Source: a bacterium (GTDB lineage: Bacteria; UBP7; UBA6624; JBBIMK01). Taken from it: a stretch of DNA of 5,119 nucleotides. The translations under genes and the position numbers were made by a program. Every line of letters starts with the position of its first letter. Within the stretch, counting starts at the first letter, position 1. A model generated the notes under the pieces. The model was not told the DNA's origin. It saw nothing but the letters and a program-made list of their open reading frames with translations, and searched no databases. The DNA lies in contig JBBIMK010000012.1 of the NCBI GenBank assembly GCA_037444445.1, forward strand, positions 20,957-26,075, read 5' to 3'. Shown here one piece after another: positions 3,648 through 5,119 of this stretch.

Positions 3648-5090
3648 ATGGCAAAGTTCTGGATAGCGGGTGAGTGGGCGGATTCCGAAGGAGGCGACAT
3701 AATGGAGATACGCAACCCCGCCACCGGTGAGGTAGTGGACAGGGTTCCTTATGGCACTGTCAAGGATGTCCGAAAGGCGATTGATTCAGCAGTGGAAGCC
3801 TTTCCCGGGTGGGCAGAAGCGCCTCCTTTCAGGAGAGCCTCCATCCTGAACAGGGCTGCGAGAATGGTCCGGGAGTCAGAGGAGGAACTCTCCGTTCTTT
3901 TAACGAAGGAGCAAGGGAAGCCGAGGAAGGAATCCATGGCGGAACTCCGGAGGTTTGCCAGCACGCTGGAGTATTACGCTGGCTACTGGGCGTATATGAG
4001 AGGGGGGCAAATCCCGCTACGGGATGCTGACAGAACGGGGTTGATTCTCAAGCGTCCGGTGGGCGTCTGTGCTGCTATCGTGCCGTGGAACTTCCCCGTC
4101 TCATTGATGGGGAATAAAATTGCACCGGCTCTGATAGCGGGGAATACGGTAGTGGTGAAGCCAGCCAGCACTACACCTCTCACCGCCATCCGCTGTGTGG
4201 AAATCCTGAACAAAGCGGGGCTTCCTCCCGGCGTTCTGAATATCGTCACCGGGTCCGGAAGCGTGGTGGGAGAGGAGCTTTTAAGGAACCCGAAGGTGCG
4301 GAAAATCGGGTTCACCGGTGAGACGGCAACGGGAAAGCATGTGATGTCGGTGGCGGCGCGAGAAATCAAGCGTGTTACCTTAGAGTTAGGGGGTTCCGAC
4401 CCGATGATTGTGTGCGACGATGCGGACCTGGATGAGGCGGTGAAAGCCGCCGCGGTGGGCAGATTCTTTAACTGCGGGCAAGCCTGCCTCGCCGTCAAAC
4501 GCCTTTACCTGTTTGAAAAAATTGCGGATGCTTTCATAGCAAAGCTGGTGGAACGGGTGAGACGGCTCAAACTCGGAAACGGACTGGAAGAAGGGGTTCA
4601 GATGGGACCTCTTCACACCTACAAGCAGAGGGAAGAAGTGGAGAGGCAGGTGGAGGATGCCATCCAGAGGGGGGCAAAGATTCTCATCGGCGGCGAGCGC
4701 CCCACGGGTGAAGAATTCAGAAAAGGCTTCTTCTATATGCCCACCCTTCTGGTGAATGTGAGCGAATCTTCCTGCATCGTTCAGGAGGAGTGTTTCGGTC
4801 CTGCCCTTCCCATCTTCCGAGTCAAAGACCTGAAAGAAGCCATACAAAAGGCAAACAACTCCATCTACGGTCTGGGGTCTTCCATCTGGACCCGGGATTT
4901 AGCCAGAGCCACAGAGGCGGCGGAGCGGCTGGAAGCCGGCTACACCTGGGTCAATTCCCCACCCACCATCTATGACGAACTTCCCTTCGGTGGGTTCAAA
5001 CACAGCGGGCTGGGGAAAGAACACGGCATAGAAGCACTGGAACATTATGTAGAAACCAAATCCGTCGTCCTCACCACGCGGAAAAAATGA
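3648..5090 (+). CDS. NAD(P)+-dependent aldehyde dehydrogenase family protein (PF00171-type), 480 aa; substrate not assignable
   Basis: It is the longest ORF in the window. Canonical family motifs are present: N-terminal FWIAGEW...NPATGE, VPWNFP (Asn148, oxyanion hole), KPAS..TP, the TGSGSVVG cofactor loop, LELGG (catalytic Glu246, nt 4383..4385), FFNCGQACLA (catalytic Cys280, nt 4485..4487), EECFGP and PFGGFKHSGLGKE. Confidence 0.97.
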   Translation: MAKFWIAGEWADSEGGDIMEIRNPATGEVVDRVPYGTVKDVRKAIDSAVEAFPGWAEAPPFRRASILNRAARMVRESEEELSVLLTKEQGKPRKESMAELRRFASTLEYYAGYWAYMRGGQIPLRDADRTGLILKRPVGVCAAIVPWNFPVSLMGNKIAPALIAGNTVVVKPASTTPLTAIRCVEILNKAGLPPGVLNIVTGSGSVVGEELLRNPKVRKIGFTGETATGKHVMSVAAREIKRVTLELGGSDPMIVCDDADLDEAVKAAAVGRFFNCGQACLAVKRLYLFEKIADAFIAKLVERVRRLKLGNGLEEGVQMGPLHTYKQREEVERQVEDAIQRGAKILIGGERPTGEEFRKGFFYMPTLLVNVSESSCIVQEECFGPALPIFRVKDLKEAIQKANNSIYGLGSSIWTRDLARATEAAERLEAGYTWVNSPPTIYDELPFGGFKHSGLGKEHGIEALEHYVETKSVVLTTRKK

Positions 5091-5095
5091 CACGA

Positions 5096-5117
5096 TTTGG
5101 TGCCTGACCCCAAAAGG
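5096..5117. repeat. Copy 2 of the perfect 22-nt direct repeat TTTGGTGCCTGACCCCAAAAGG
   Basis: Identical to 3554..3575. It starts 5 nt after the ALDH TGA stop codon (5088..5090). The window ends 2 nt later, so its full extent is unknown. Confidence 0.95.
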
Positions 5118-5119
5118 TG

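Noticed and set aside
3687-3704. A perfect SD (GAAGGAGG) 7 nt upstream of the internal ATG at 3702, suggesting a shorter ALDH starting at Met19
   Set aside because: The residues upstream of Met19 (KFWIAGEWADSEGG) match the conserved ALDH N-terminal beta-strand motif (h-I-x-G-E-W) that precedes NPATGE. The start at 3648 is therefore correct, and the SD-like string is just the Glu-Gly-Gly codons.
3749-5093. Track ORFs antisense to or out of frame with the ALDH gene (3749..3964-, 3809..4030+, 3983..4498-, 4386..4847-, 4790..4975+, 4899..5093-)
   Set aside because: They lie almost entirely within a gene carrying every ALDH family signature (4899..5093- extends only 3 nt past its stop codon). None has a recognisable motif. 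Long antisense open frames are expected at this GC content.
1-5119. CRISPR arrays, IS/transposase genes, and rRNA or tRNA genes
   Set aside because: I found no regularly spaced direct repeats, no terminal inverted repeats around a transposase-like ORF, and no T-loop or anticodon-arm architecture on either strand.

Overview
A 5.1 kb bacterial window of moderately high GC (taxon not assignable from sequence alone) holding three transcription units. (1) Minus strand 1..1706: a long ORF that is not in the supplied ORF track because it runs off the left edge. I translated it by hand: 568 codons with no stop. It encodes a lipoprotein signal peptide with a lipobox, three tandem He_PIG/cadherin-like Ig domains and a right-handed parallel beta-helix region. 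It has a strong SD and a consensus-like sigma70 promoter. All + strand track ORFs between 79 and 1492 are shadow frames of this gene. (2) Minus strand 2103..3142: a two-gene operon whose CDSs overlap by 4 nt. It encodes a Panacea/DUF4065 (SocA-like) antitoxin-type protein (215 aa) followed by a MazF/PemK-fold toxin (131 aa). This is a non-canonical toxin-antitoxin pairing and the best candidate for the interesting system here. A 55-codon ORF, below the track cutoff (3154..3321, minus), lies directly upstream. It starts where a promoter-like element predicts the transcription start, and its stop codon sits inside the SD of the antitoxin gene. (3) Plus strand 3648..5090: a complete NAD(P)+-dependent aldehyde dehydrogenase with all family motifs and a good proximal promoter. 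It is bracketed by a perfect 22-nt direct repeat (3554..3575 and 5096..5117). The 505-bp divergent intergenic region also holds back-to-back promoter-like elements and a promoter-to-hairpin interval with no convincing ORF. I saw no rRNA, tRNA, CRISPR array or transposase. All functional calls come from recognising motifs by eye; no database search was run.
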